Part shown: positions 37,181-49,104 of the stretch, piece after piece
Layout: each line of letters begins with the position of its first letter
Numbering within the stretch: position 1 is the first letter of the stretch
Assembly (NCBI RefSeq): GCF_018350175.1
Contig: NC_058373.1
Coordinates: forward strand, 114,268,001 to 114,332,000
Direction of reading: 5' to 3'
DNA length: 64,000 nucleotides
Origin: Felis catus
Taxonomy: Eukaryota
Program-made: the position numbers and the translations under genes
Notes under the pieces: model-generated
Told to the model about the DNA's origin: nothing
Database searches by the model: none
The model's input: the letters and a program-made list of their open reading frames with translations, nothing else

Positions 37181-37597
37181 ACCTGACTAGCTAGTTCATT
37201 TTTCCCATCCACAGGCCTGACACTTTCTGAAATGAAAAGCTGTTTTGATCTCTAGAAAAACTAAAAAGTCAGTCCCAGTTGCCGAACACTAGAGGCTGAA
37301 GAGAGTCTCTTCCAAAAGTTCTATGGGAAGCCCAAGGATTCTCAATTCCAAAGCCAGCCAAAATTTGGATTTCCTCTATAAAGAGACAGTCCTTCCCTGT
37401 GTAGAACATACCCTTCCCCATTAGGCTAGTTCTATGTTTTGTAATAACTTTTGCTTACACCACAAAATTGTCATAGATTATGGAAACACACAGGCCTTGG
37501 AAAAAAAGATCCCGAGGCCCCTGGAAGTCATTATTCCTTCCTTTAGCAATTGCTGAGTTAAGCACCAAAAATATGGTTCCCATCTTGCTCTCCTCTC

Positions 37598-37600
<3 letters not shown>

Positions 37601-37635
<35 letters not shown>
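37601..37635. repeat. (CA)n microsatellite
   Basis: Directly visible. Confidence 0.95.
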
Positions 37636-37642
<7 letters not shown>

Positions 37643-37699
37643 TCTGCTGGACATATGTTCAGAAGAAAGCAGGGACGTGGGGGTGGGAGAAGAAGATTC

Positions 37700-38130
37700 A
37701 CATGTCGTGAGTCAAGAGCTTAAGCATTTGAAAAGAAAAAGTGGGAGAGGGCGGGGAGTTTGCAGCCCTAGAAATGGAATATCCAAAGGATTTATTGCCT
37801 TTGAGTATCTCACAAGGCATTTTTTTATATAAAAATCTGTAGCTTATGGCTTTTTTTTTTTTTTTTTGGTATAGGGCAGTAAACAAGAGCTCTGAAAGGG
37901 GAAGGAAGCCAGGAGAAAGCCAGCTCCATTAGTCACGCAGCTGCATATCCTGTCACAAAGGACCCCAGTTGAGTAATCGCCCAAAATATGCCTGTTATTT
38001 TTTTCTGTCAGAAAAAAATGGGGCTTGCCAAAATGTACTGTAAAAAAAGAAAAAAAAAAAAATCTGGTCTGTCAGCCCCAGAGGGGGAAAGGACAAGAAA
38101 GAAGAAACAGGCGTAACTTCTCAGCACTCT
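37700..38130. promoter_or_regulatory. Candidate enhancer (motif-dense unique sequence)
   Basis: TGAGTCA 37708, GGATTTATTG 37788, GTAAACAA 37879, TTAGTCA 37929, CAGCTG 37938, TGTCACAAAG 37951. Motif inference only. Confidence 0.4.
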
Positions 38131-41100
38131 CTGACCGTCTCTCAACGTATCCCTAAAACGCCTTCACACTCCTCGCAGCCATGGAGCCTGGCTGGAGAGA
38201 AGCTAGCTCTGTGAGCTGTTCCAGGCCTCAGGGTCCTTGTCGTACACGGAGCGGAGAGCTGGAAAAGAGGAGGGGCAGTGGGAGAGGGTGGCAGGAGGAC
38301 AGGGCAAATGAACAGAAAGGGGACCGGAATATTGAACAAGTCCTTTGATGGACTTTAAGTGGGTGAGCTAATTGTCCCACGGGGAACCTGGGGCAGCCAC
38401 ACCAGTGCAGTGAGGCGGCATGAGCCCAGCCAGCGGCCGATCACGCTTCGTAAGCTTTTCTGATGGCCTCAGCGAAACCACCCTTGTCCCAGGCCTCGGG
38501 CTGTTTGGGCCACAGATGGAACAACAAGAGTTTGTGTGGAAGGATGTCTGAGTCTGGGGAGGTCTGAAGAACCGGGGCTGGGGCAGGACCGGAGCTGCCT
38601 ACAGTCTCCGGCGTTGTCCTAGATTAGCTTTCCAGAAGCGAGGCCCGGCAAACAAAGGTGTCCTAAAGCCCGGTTCAGTTGCCGCTTCTGTCCCATGATC
38701 TCAGGACCAGGACACAAAGGATGGTCAATCCAAGTACAGAGCACTCTTGGAAAGACGATATCCCTCCTATTCAAGTTCTGATCCAGTCCATGGGGAAGGA
38801 GACTTTCCCGACCCAGTTGACAAACGCATAAGCAAGAAGCCTTCTCCTGGAGAAAGAGAACGGAGCCCCAAGGAACAAGGCAGATGCACTGTCCCTTTTG
38901 CTCTGGGCTCTCTGGAGCCTGTCCTAGAGGAGAGGGCCCTGCCCTGCCTCAGCTCCAAGGGCCAGGCTGCGAGAAGACCCTTTCCAGGAGCACCTCCAGT
39001 AACCGGAGTCCCAATATTTGGCCGTTTGGCGGTTCTAGACCAAGGGAACCCCAGCCCCAAGGACCAAGTCGATCCCCCTGCCGATTGCTTCAGGAAGGGC
39101 CTTCCCGGCTCTTCAAGGCCTTTGAGCCCTGCCCATCCTGTCAGAGGCACAGTCTCAAAGCCAGTCCTGAGCTTCAAGACTCAGCCCTGTCCACTGCTTC
39201 CCCTCCGGGAGAGCTACTTGACACCCAAAGCCATCCACAGGATGCTTAAAAAGAAACAGGCACGACTTCCTGCAGAGAACTGCCCTGTGAGTTGGAAGGG
39301 GAAGTTCGCCCCCCCGCCTCGTTGCTGATTTGCTGCGGAACATCAGGCAACTCGAGGGAACTCTCTGTGACTATTGTCCCCTCTCTGTGAGATGTATCAA
39401 CTATGAATCGGAGCCTCTGTATGCCTGCAACGTGCAAGGTCCTGGGACTTCACAGGTGAATAACACAGATACTGTCCCTTTCTTCACACGAAACCTGGGC
39501 AACCGCTCTCATACCTTCTGCGGCACATGATTTGTGTTTCCTGAAGCCAGCTCCTCAGGCGGGTGAGTCTGGGGGTTGGAGGATGTGATAGGAGCAAATA
39601 CGACAAGAAAACCCACACATGGTGATTTTTTAAAAGAAACAAAAACAACCAAATACTAATACTAGCATTCCCAAAATGATGGAGGACAGCCCCTCAGCCC
39701 CCTGAACATAATGAAAATTCTCCCAGGGCATCTGGGATTCGCTCTGTTACAGATTCCAGTTCTCTGGGAAACACAAAGGACCAAGACCACCTTATGATGC
39801 ACAAACTGCATTAATGTCAGTGCCCATCACCCAGCTCATAGGAAGCCCCAGTTACTGGATTGACCCACAGGGACTCTCCTTCCTCATTTCCACTCTAGTT
39901 GCAGGACATTATGAGGGCTGTTTCTTCCTCAGGGCTCAGCCTTTACTCAAGGCCAAGTCCTTCATATAAGCCATGAGTTGAAATGAAAAACGTCAACATC
40001 AACACAAGCCCATTGACAAATGTTCCGAGGCTGACAGGAGTGATGTTATTATCCCCTGAATCACAGGTGAGGGAGGTCTCTGGAGATGCCCACCCCTACA
40101 CGGATTTCCCTTTGCGGTGGCAGTGACATCTGAGTCACTGAGCATGGGCCACCATTTAGCTTCGCCCCCTCCCCTTCCTGTGCCCCAGAAGGGGGTTGGG
40201 AGCAGGTCCTCACAGCAGAGAAGGCTCCACTTCCTCCGAGTTCCTGACAACATTTCTCAGCCGTGTCAGTCTTGCAAGCCTGCGGTCAACAGGCACCCAG
40301 GTGATGGTGTCTTTCTCAACCCCTGTTTTCCCTCATCAGCCCTTTGATGTTTCTAAGCTGACAAGGTCAGCATCTTCCAGGCCGTGGAGAACATACCCGC
40401 CAAGTATACCTTCCAAGCAGCCGATTAAGGTGCCATGCAGTCTGTGGTCAAAGGGGAGGCCAAGGGGCTTGCTGAAATGAGCCATCGGGTCTGCCCCTGT
40501 CCTTTGGGGACCTCCACCCTCCGGCAGCAAAAGGCCTTCGACACAAGGGTACAGAGGGGAGAAGCAAGAGAAAACTCTAGTACCCAACCAACTGCATCTC
40601 AAATGAGGTGACAGGTGGCTGGGCTCCTTCCATCCGGCCAGGGAGACGCAAGCATGAGAGGAAGTCTCACGAGGCCCTCGAAGTCCACCCACGAGCCCGT
40701 TCTTGGTGCCCTCAGCTCGGACGCAGGGGGGTGATGTAACAAGAGCCTCTGAGTGTGTGAAGAGTCAGTGGGCTGACAAAGCACTTACTGACCAAGAAAA
40801 AATTAACTTCAGGTGCAGCAGGAAAGGTCTGGTACCAAGAATGTCTGGGGTTTTGAGACACTGGAAAAGATTGCCTAATCATGTAATGGGCTCCCTTCCC
40901 TGGAAATATCTGCAAATAGGATAAGTACTCTCCAGTCCTGGGTAGGTCAGCATTGCCCTGAAGTAAGGGGATGGTTACACCGACCCACGGAGAGAGCTCG
41001 CAGGGAACTGAGTCTATGAGACGGTACATTTCCACATGAAGAAAAAAAATTGTTTATTGTGGTAAAATATGCATAACATTAAGTTTACTCATTTTAGCCA

Positions 41101-41498
41101 CTCTTGAGTGTGCAATTCAGTGGCATCAGGCACATTTACGGTGTCGTGCAGCCATCACCGCTGTCCATCTGCAGAACTTTTCATCTTCTCAAACTGAAGC
41201 TCTGTGCTCATTAAACACTAAGTCCCCATTCCCTCTCCCCGGCCTCTGGCAGCCACATCCTACTTTGTGTCTCTATGAATTTGACTATGCTATGTACCTC
41301 CTATCAGTGGAATCACACAAAATTTCCCTTTTTTGTGTGACTGGCTTATTTCACTTAGCACAATATCTTCAAGGTTCATCCATGTGGTAGCATGTGTCAT
41401 GATTCCTTTTTAAGGTTGAACCATATATGTATATATATATGCACACATACATGTATATACCTGCACACACACACACACACACATATATACACACACAC

Positions 41499-41569
41499 AC
41501 GAGTCCCCCCTGCCTTATCCACAGAGATACATTCCAAGGCCCCCAGTGAATGCCTGAAACCATGGATAA

Positions 41570-41608
<39 letters not shown>

Positions 41609-42144
41609 GTATTACATTTTTCCCTAGGGGTGCCTGGGTGGCTCAGTCGGTTAAGCGTCCAACTCTTGATTTTGGCTCAGGTCATGATCTCTCAATGGAT
41701 GTGGAGCCTGCTTAAGATTCTCCCTCTCCCTCTCCTTCTGCCCTTCTCCCCCTCTCCCTCAAGAATAGATAGATAAGGTTTTTCTGACACATACATACCT
41801 ACGATGAGGTTTAATTTGTAAATCAGAGATCGTAAAAGATTAGTAACAGCTAAAATTAAAATAGAACAATTGCAACAATAGACTGCAATAAAATTTATGT
41901 GGCTACGGTGACCCTCAAAAATCTCTTACTGCCCAGGACTCACCCTTCTTCTTGTGATGATGTGAGATGATAAAAATGCCCGTGTGATGAGATGAAGTGA
42001 GGAGAATGACCTAGGCCTTGTGACGCAGCGTTAGGCTACTACCGACCCCCTGAAGATACATCAGGAGCATCATCTGTTTCTAGACAACTGGCCACAGACA
42101 ACTGAAACCATGGAAAACAAAACAGCAGCTAAGGGAGACTACTG
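41499..42144. mobile_element. MER44 (Tigger7-derived, MER44B-like) inside L1MB
   Basis: GTCCCCCCTGCCTTATCCACAGAGATACATTCCAAGGCCCCCAGTGAATGCCTGAAACC...GATGAGATGAAGTGAGG...CGTTAGGCTACT...AAGGGAGACTACTG followed by TA. Confidence 0.88.
41627..41777 (+). mobile_element. Older, internally deleted CanSINE inside MER44
   Basis: GGGGTGCCTGGGTGGCTCAGTCGGTTAAGCGTCCAACTCTTGATTTTGGCTCAGGTCATGATCTC, B-box segment missing, then CT-rich tail. Confidence 0.9.
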
Positions 42145-42309
42145 TACCTTTCATCCCTTCACCTGTCGATGGGCACTTGGGTTGTTTCTACTTTTTGGCT
42201 ATTGTGAATAGTGCTACTATGGACATGGGTGTACAAACATCTGTTCAAGTCCCTGCTTTCAGGTCTTTTGGGTATATACCCAAGAATGCAATCGCACAAA
42301 GAAAAAAAT

Positions 42310-42513
42310 GTTTTAAATGTTCATTTACTTATTTTTTGAGAGAGAGAGTGAGCTTGTGAGCAGGGGAGGGGCAGAGAGAGAGGGAGACAGAGAATCCTAA
42401 GTAGGCTCTGTGCTGTGAGCACAGAGCCCGACAGGGGCTCGAACTGTTAGATCATGACCTGAGCCAAAATCAAGAGTCAGATGCCCAATCAACTGTGCCA
42501 CCCAAGTGCCTCC
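42310..42513 (-). mobile_element. Older CanSINE
   Basis: Antisense body ending ...GCCACCCAAGTGCCTCC. Confidence 0.92.
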
Positions 42514-42515
42514 AA

Positions 42516-42587
42516 TTTTTTTTAATGTGTATTTATTTATTTTGAGAGAGAGAGAGAGAGATTCAGAGCATGATCAGGGGAGGTGCA

Positions 42588-42619
<32 letters not shown>

Positions 42620-42747
42620 ATCCTAAGCAGGCTCTGCACTGTCAGGGCAGAGCCCAATGCAGGGCTCAAACTCACAAACTATGAGATCATGACCTGAACC
42701 AAAATCAAAAGTCAGACACTTAACCAAATGAGCCACCCAGGTGCCCC
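42516..42747 (-). mobile_element. Older CanSINE, tandem with previous copy
   Basis: Antisense body ending ...GAGCCACCCAGGTGCCCC. Confidence 0.92.
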
Positions 42748-43039
42748 CCCAAGAAAAATTTTCAAGAGACAAAAGCATTGTGCTCCAAGAGAAAAGATGT
42801 CAATGCACTCATATTGCAATCCTGTGTGGAGAGCAAACACTTTAAAAAATTCAGTTACAATAAGGCTTAGGTAAGGGAGTTAAGGAAGCGTGGAAGAGGA
42901 TGCCAGCAGGCTCCCAGATCAATGAGGGAGGGCCTCACATGGGAGATGAAATTTGGGCCAGATTCTGAGGACCAGGAGTTTGCCTGACAGAAAGAAAAAA
43001 AAAATGGAGAAGGGCAGGGGAAAAAAAAAACACCTCTTT

Positions 43040-43600
43040 TTAAAAAAGAGTAGACAAATGCTAAACACATCCTTTGATTCAGCAACTGCCCTGGTAGGAA
43101 TCTCCCTGCTTATATACTCATTCACGTATACCCAAGGCATGTGTCCAAAGATCCTCACTACGGCAATGTTTGTAAGTTTATTAACTGGAAGCAGCCTCCG
43201 AGCCCATTACTAGGAGACTGGTTAATAAGTTATGGTGCAGCCATACTACAAATTAACATGTAACCATTAAAAAGAACAAAGGGGTTCTCCATGTGCTGAT
43301 ATGGCAAGAATTCCAGACTTTTTTTTTAATTAAAAAAAAAAACCAAGATGTCAATTATATACCCAAATTCTTTCCCTGGAAGGATCCACAAGAAACTGTT
43401 AATGATTATTACCTTTGGGAGGAACAACTGTGGTCTGAGGGAAGAAAAACTTAAGTTTCGTGTTATACCTCGTAGCTTTTCTGTTTTAGCCACGTGCGTG
43501 TATTGCATTAAAAAAAAAATGTTAACAGGACTCTCGGGGTGATAGGATTATGGGCCATTTTTATTCTTTATGCTTTCCTTATTTAAAATATTTTAAAGAG
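43040..43600 (+). mobile_element. L1ME-type ORF2 end and 3' UTR (L1ME4-like)
   Basis: Translation SFDSATALVGIS...MCPKILTTAMFV resembles L1 ORF2 C-terminus (PYDPAIPLLGIY...CTRMFIAALF); GGAGACTGGTTAATAAGTTATGGTGCAGCCATAC; GGAAGGATCCACAAGAAACTGTTAA. Confidence 0.8.
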
Positions 43601-44233
43601 GAAAGCAGCTATTTTTCTGGAATGGTTTAGTCTCAATGGCTCCTCAAGAGGATGGAGTAGATACTTAAAGGGCCAGGCTTCTTAAGGAGTTTCTCTTAGA
43701 AGTTTGCCAGGATTCCTTTCAAGACAAAATGGTGTCCTCACATTCTGGAGAGAGAAACTGAGGAGCAGTGATAAGAGAAATAGATCAGAAGTTTAGGACA
43801 AGGAAAGCAGGGAGTCGGGGCGGTTCCCGAACGCATGCTAAGTCAGCTCAGGGACGTTGCAGGTCACCCCCTCTTCGCACAGTCTGCACCCCTCAGGGTA
43901 CCCAGGGCTCCGGGACAGAGACCCAGCCACACAGGGTTAACGCTGGTGCTTTGCTTCACTGAGCGTGGTGGGGAAGGAGAGCAGGGGGTGAGAGCAGAGG
44001 GGCCCAGCCCTACCCGGCTCCAGGCAGCATTAATAAAATGCAGGTGTTTCTACAGTTGCATTACAGAGCAGGGAAGAGTCTCGAGTGCAGCAAGCACATA
44101 GAAATATAGAAACAAGAGCCGAGTGTGGTGGGGGGAAATGTGCCTGCGAATAATGAGAAAGCGTTTTGGAAAGAGGGCTGGCTTTGGGGTTAAGAGGAAT
44201 GCAGCAGCTTCTGGCACAGACCTACCCAATAGC

Positions 44234-44238
<5 letters not shown>

Positions 44239-44278
<40 letters not shown>

Positions 44279-44342
44279 GTACACAGGCTCCTGTCTCATG
44301 CACACACAAAGGCAGGCACACACACACACACACACACACACA
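44239..44342. repeat. (GT)19 and (CA)13 microsatellites in inverted arrangement
   Basis: GT run 44239-44276, CA run 44317-44342, 40-nt spacer. Confidence 0.95.
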
Positions 44343-46189
44343 CCACCATCACCACCACCGGCCTTTTTCCCAGCAACACCTCAGACAAAATGAATTTGGC
44401 CTTTGACCAGGGGTTGGCTCTGACATTCCCCCAGCCACTGTGGTCTGCCTTTTCTCTCCTGCCTTCCTTTTTTCTGGACCCACGTACCTCCTCTTTTTCC
44501 ATCGTCTTTCCCTTTGTCTGTGGGGCCTTCAGTGGACTGTATCTCCAGTTGTCCTCCCCGAATTTTTTAACCCCCCTTGGCTCTGCTTCCAAGCAGGCAT
44601 TCTGTGAGCGTGACTCCCCACCCCCCTTTCCCCAGCCCCTCCTTCCCTGCAGTTGAGGAGGAAGAGAGAACAAAATGGTGCCTCTCCCCTGGAGTTCTAG
44701 AAAGCCATGGAGCTGGCTTGTGTATTCCAGCTCCTGCTGCTGTAACCCTGGTGAAACGCTCCAGAGTTGCTTAATTTTATTTAATCTGGAGACTACAGGT
44801 GATTAGTCCAGAGAGAGGCACGATAAAATGGCACCGGGAAGCCTCCCTCCTCTTGGCCACGCCAAGGGCAGGACAGGAACTTGGAGGTGGGCAGAAGCTC
44901 TATGAGAGCTGGGCCCGGTCCTTTGCCCCTTCTCCCTCATGTCCTTCAGCGGTGGGGAGTGGCAGACAGAAAAATCCCTGCTTTGCTCTTCCCTTCCAGG
45001 GGCTCTCAGCCCGCCCTGTTAAGAGTTTAAAGGGAGTCATTTCTGCGATGGATTTAGTCGACTCCTTGCCTGAGACCTGCGATAGGCCTACAATCGTAAG
45101 CATGTTGTTCAAACACAGGAAAAGGCTTTGGGAGATCCTAGCGCACACACACACCCCACCCCCACCCCACCAGGCCCTGCTTGGCCCAAGGTGGGCTGGT
45201 ATCTGAGTGGGAGGCGCACTTACGGGTGAAACTCCTCCAAATAGACATGGGTTCTGGATTCCTGCAATGAGGGAGGAATGGGGGAGATGTGTTGGGGGCT
45301 CAGAAAAGACCTCTGCCACTGGCCGAGCATCTCTGTATGCACACCCTGAGCCCACTGAGCCAGGACCTGTGTGGGGCAATGCTGGATAAGTGCATTCATT
45401 CCTCAGAACTCAGCACCCCAAGGTCAGAGGGCGAAAGCGTGTTAACAAAAGCCTATCAGCCGACGTCCACCCTGGCCTGTCTGAAATGGGAGGACCAAGC
45501 TCTGAAGGGTCAGGATTTTACTTTTTTGGTTCTCATCCTGCACCACCCACCTACCTCCCCCTTCAAAAACAACACACGACAAAAAATTACCAAGCAGAGC
45601 AGGGGTGAAAAGGCAACAACCAAATTGTCTCCCACTCTTCCCACCCACAGGCCACAGGCCACAGCAGTGGCCGCGGCCATTTGGAGGAGGCAGGACTGGC
45701 CACCAGCCATGGGCACTACATTTCAGAAGCCCTAGGGAATGCCCCTACGGAGTCACCAGACTGCTTTCCCCAGCCTCACATTGGAGTGTTCTGCCTGACA
45801 CGAACAAGACATGGGCTCATCACTGGTGGGGACAGCAGTGGGAACCATCCTGAAAGCCAGGAGGCAGGGTTACCTCATTGGCACCGAGTGGTCTCAGGGC
45901 CTCTCGTGTCTCCTCACTCAGCCTCTCCCCACTCTGGAAGTGCCATGTGGATGTCGTGTGTCCCCACCGCCCCAGCCCTGCCTGAAAACTTCACGGAGCC
46001 CTCAGGCCGCCCTGGGATTGCCACCAGGAGCAGATGTTTCTAATACAGGGCCCAGACCAGGGCCCCCAGAGGCAGCAGCAGGGAAGCCACCCGCCTGGCT
46101 CCTGTGGTGGGGCTGCAGCCCCCCGGCCTCTGAGAGCCCAGGGACTGAGACACAGACTCCCTCAAATTTTCAGCTTCTTTCAGGAAATT

Positions 46190-46800
46190 GCCAAGTTGGC
46201 CCTTGGCTTTCTCCTCTGTGGCGCCCCGGCTCGGTTTCCATAGCAACCGCCTCCCCATCCTCGGGAGCCTCTCTCGGGCCTGCCCGCCCCTCCGCTCCAC
46301 CGCTTCCCCCCACCCTCCGCCCCCCCGCGTCTCATCTGTCTGGGTGGGAACCGGGATTAGAGTTTGTCGCGGACAGAGATGCTTTTCCCAGGGCCGCTGC
46401 GCCTTCGTGATCTCTTTGCGGCCGCTCGGCCCCTGCCCCGGGCCTTTCAAGTGCCCCAGACTTAATGACTGGCCCTGGGTTTCCTCCTCTTCCCTTTCTC
46501 GGCCTCCAATAAAGCTGGAGAATTAACCCAGGTTTTAAGTGCCCCGTTTCCAAGCCGCATATCAAAGGGGGCTTCCCCAAGCTGCTTCTGCATTTCAAAG
46601 GGGCTGATTTATCGCTTTCACTTAAACCGGCACATTTTGGGGGAAGAGTTTTACCCAGAGGTCAAACTCTGGAAAAACAAATGGACCCCCGTTCGCCCCC
46701 TCCTGGGGTGCTGTGGGCTATTAGTATATAAACTGCTGAGGAGGGGGAGTGCGGGGGGGGGGGGGGGGGGGGGCGGTGAGGGGAGGGGGGCAGGTGAGGA
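46190..46800 (+). promoter_or_regulatory. Candidate CpG-rich promoter/enhancer
   Basis: Local CpG enrichment about 46220-46500; X-box GTTTCCATAGCAAC 46234-46247; ATCAAAG 46561 and TTCAAAG 46594; GGGGCTTCCC 46568; TGATTTAT 46605; TATATAAA 46725-46732; G21 run; CAG/GTGAGG 46791-46799. Confidence 0.55.
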
Positions 46801-47711
46801 AACAGGCCGCTGGCACTCCTCAGCAGTGTGGGGCGGCAATCCCTCAGGGGGGCTAGACCCAAATCCCTCAGGTTCCCAGAAGGCCCTGTTGTGAGGAAAA
46901 GGGGGAATGTCCAGAACCATTACTGGCCCCGCAGTGTCCTAAAGTCTATTTCTGGCTCCTCTGCCAATGGGCCCTGCAACCTGTCGGGCAGTTAGCACTT
47001 CCAAACTATGCTGCCCTCCACTAAGATCCCGGCCCCTGTGCTTCCCTGATTCATTTCCTCTTTCCAGCTCTCCCTCCGAATCTTTGCGGGCATTGAATAT
47101 TCAGCTGCTGCAGAGCTGGGCCTCTGAGCCACCTGCATTCTGGTTCCCTTCTTCCCTCCCAGTGAAACCTCACCAACACCTTCCCTTCCTGCTTCCAGCC
47201 CCACACATTCACTCCCTTCCTCCCCAGCCCTGCCACCACCCCCCAAGTCCCCTCCTGCCCAACCTCAGCTCAATCAATTGTCCTTAAGATTTCCCAATTT
47301 CCCCCCACCAACACCCCCCCCCCCCCCCCCCGCCGAACCTCCCCTTCCTGTCTGCTTGCTGCAACATCTGGGCATTCCTCTCCAGTCTCACTGCAGAGAG
47401 TAAGGTCCTTCCTCCGATCTAACCCACACCAGATTTCCAGGCTTTCTTAGGCAGTAAGTCCCCAACAAATGTACAAGTGCTGCCTTGGACTGACCAGAAA
47501 AGCCACAAGCAAGCAGCGAGGAAGCAGTCCCTGGAGGAGGTGGGGCAGGTGGCACAGCATCTTGAGAAACTTCTCTGCCCTGAGGGCAGGAGGAGGAGAA
47601 GCGGTGCCTGAAGCAGCCCACCGCTGGAGAGGACACCCCAAATAAGGTTCCCAGAAGCAGGTTTCCCCATGAAGGCGACATCTCTGTTTCCTTTTCTCAA
47701 GCTGCCACTAG

Positions 47712-48180
47712 TTCATTCGTTCATTTATTCATTGATTCACACGACCATTTATTGAGGGCTTACTACTGCCAGATGCAGCAGGCGCTCCTGAGCGGAGAAT
47801 GACTCTGATGGGGGCATCAGACTGTAGGGCCAACGATTAATTACAGTGCAGCAAGGTCAACCATCTCTCAGTGAGGCTGGCAACTCTCCCTGAGGCTGCC
47901 TAACCCTGTCTGTGGGGGTCCAGGGAAGACTCCAGATAGGGAGATTTGATTTGGGTTTGAAAGACGAATGGCTTGTCAGAGAAACAAGTGTGTTTCAGGC
48001 TGAGGGAACAGCAGGTGCAAAGGCCTGGAGGCGCCCAAGCCCACCACTGGTGCCCAGATGAGGTGGATGGGGATGGCCAGCACATGAGAGTGTGGAGGGA
48101 GGCGTTGGGAGATCAGCCTGCGAGGGCAGGGGGCAAGGCTGTGGATACCACACCAAGGAACCTGGGAGTTGTGGCCAAGC
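47712..48180 (-). mobile_element. L2 3' end
   Basis: TTCATTCGTTCATTTATTCATT...CATTTATTGAGGGCTTACTA; GTTTCAGGCTGAGGGAACAGCAGGTGCAAAGGCCTGGAGG. Confidence 0.88.
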
Positions 48181-49104
48181 TTCAGAGGATACAGCCAAGA
48201 GGGGCCAAGGAAGGTAGGGAACAATGTAGGGAAAGAGAGTAGAATGCTGTGTTCTAACCCACACCGTCCTGTTGACCCTCACCTCTGGCTTCTTTGTATG
48301 ACGACCTGTGCTCAGACCCTGCTTTGTTTACCCCGCTCCACCAGGAAACACTGAGTCAGATGGGCTGTTCTCCCAGAGACCTCTCTCAGAAAGTACTCCT
48401 CTCTCCAACCCCTTGGATTCGATCATCAGTACAACCCATGAATGGAACCGCCTCTCTCCCAGAAAAGAGGTGAGGGAGACAGGCAAACTACACAGGGCTT
48501 GGCAGTGTATATAGACAGGGGGTGGGAAGGAGCAGGAGCAGACCATGCTGCCCGAGGCCACACAGCCACAGAGCAGCCTTTACAATCTTATAGGAGGAGG
48601 AACTCTCCAGAAGGGGTGGCACAAGGCTCCCTAAGTCCCTTCCAGCCTGGGCTGGTGCCCCAAAGCAAGGAAGCCTACCTACCCTGTCAGCGTTTCAGCT
48701 TCCTGCTGCAGCGCGTATAGACCTCCCAGCCCAGGTCCAGCCTGTGGACCATATGCCCACAACCCCCATTTCTGCAGCCTGTGTCATCTAGAGGGGGTCC
48801 AGGCTCTCTGTGGAGCAAACTGTCCTGGGCGTGAGGCTTCTGAGGTCCCAGAATGAGATGGGTAGCGAAACAAAGACCCAGGAGTTAAATAACCTGTCAT
48901 TCGTCCATTTCCTGTGACCACAACAGGCTTCATGCGTTAGATATGTTCCCCCAAAGCTGTCTGGGTGCTAAAATGGCACAATTCAAGTAATAATTTTAGA
49001 TGTCTCAGGAGGGGTCCATCTTTGTACGGTGTTTTTCATACAATCTAGATAATTTGGATAATTACCACGCATCCCGAGTTTGCTTAAAGCCGGGCACCGT
49101 TCCT

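Larger units (their letters stand above)
41050..42296 (-). mobile_element. L1MB-type LINE-1 3' end, interrupted by MER44
   Basis: TTTATTGTGGTAAAATAT...TGTGACTGGCTTATTTCACTTAGCACAATATCTTCAAGGTTCATCCATGTGGTAGCATG; resumes at about 42150 GATGGGCACTTGGGTTGTTTCTACTTTTTGGCTATTGTGAATAGTGCT. Confidence 0.9.

Noticed and set aside
37840..37895. TATGGCTTTTT...TATAGGG resembling miR-135 arms
   Set aside because: The match ends in a poly-T run; the rest of the mature sequence and a proper hairpin are absent.
38747..39328. 193-aa ORF
   Set aside because: Non-ATG start, Pro/Ser/Arg-rich composition typical of GC-rich non-coding DNA, overlapping ORFs in other frames, no recognisable domain.
45811..46450. 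Overlapping 199-aa and 136-aa ORFs at the CpG-rich patch
   Set aside because: Stop-codon depletion from high GC; no recognisable protein.
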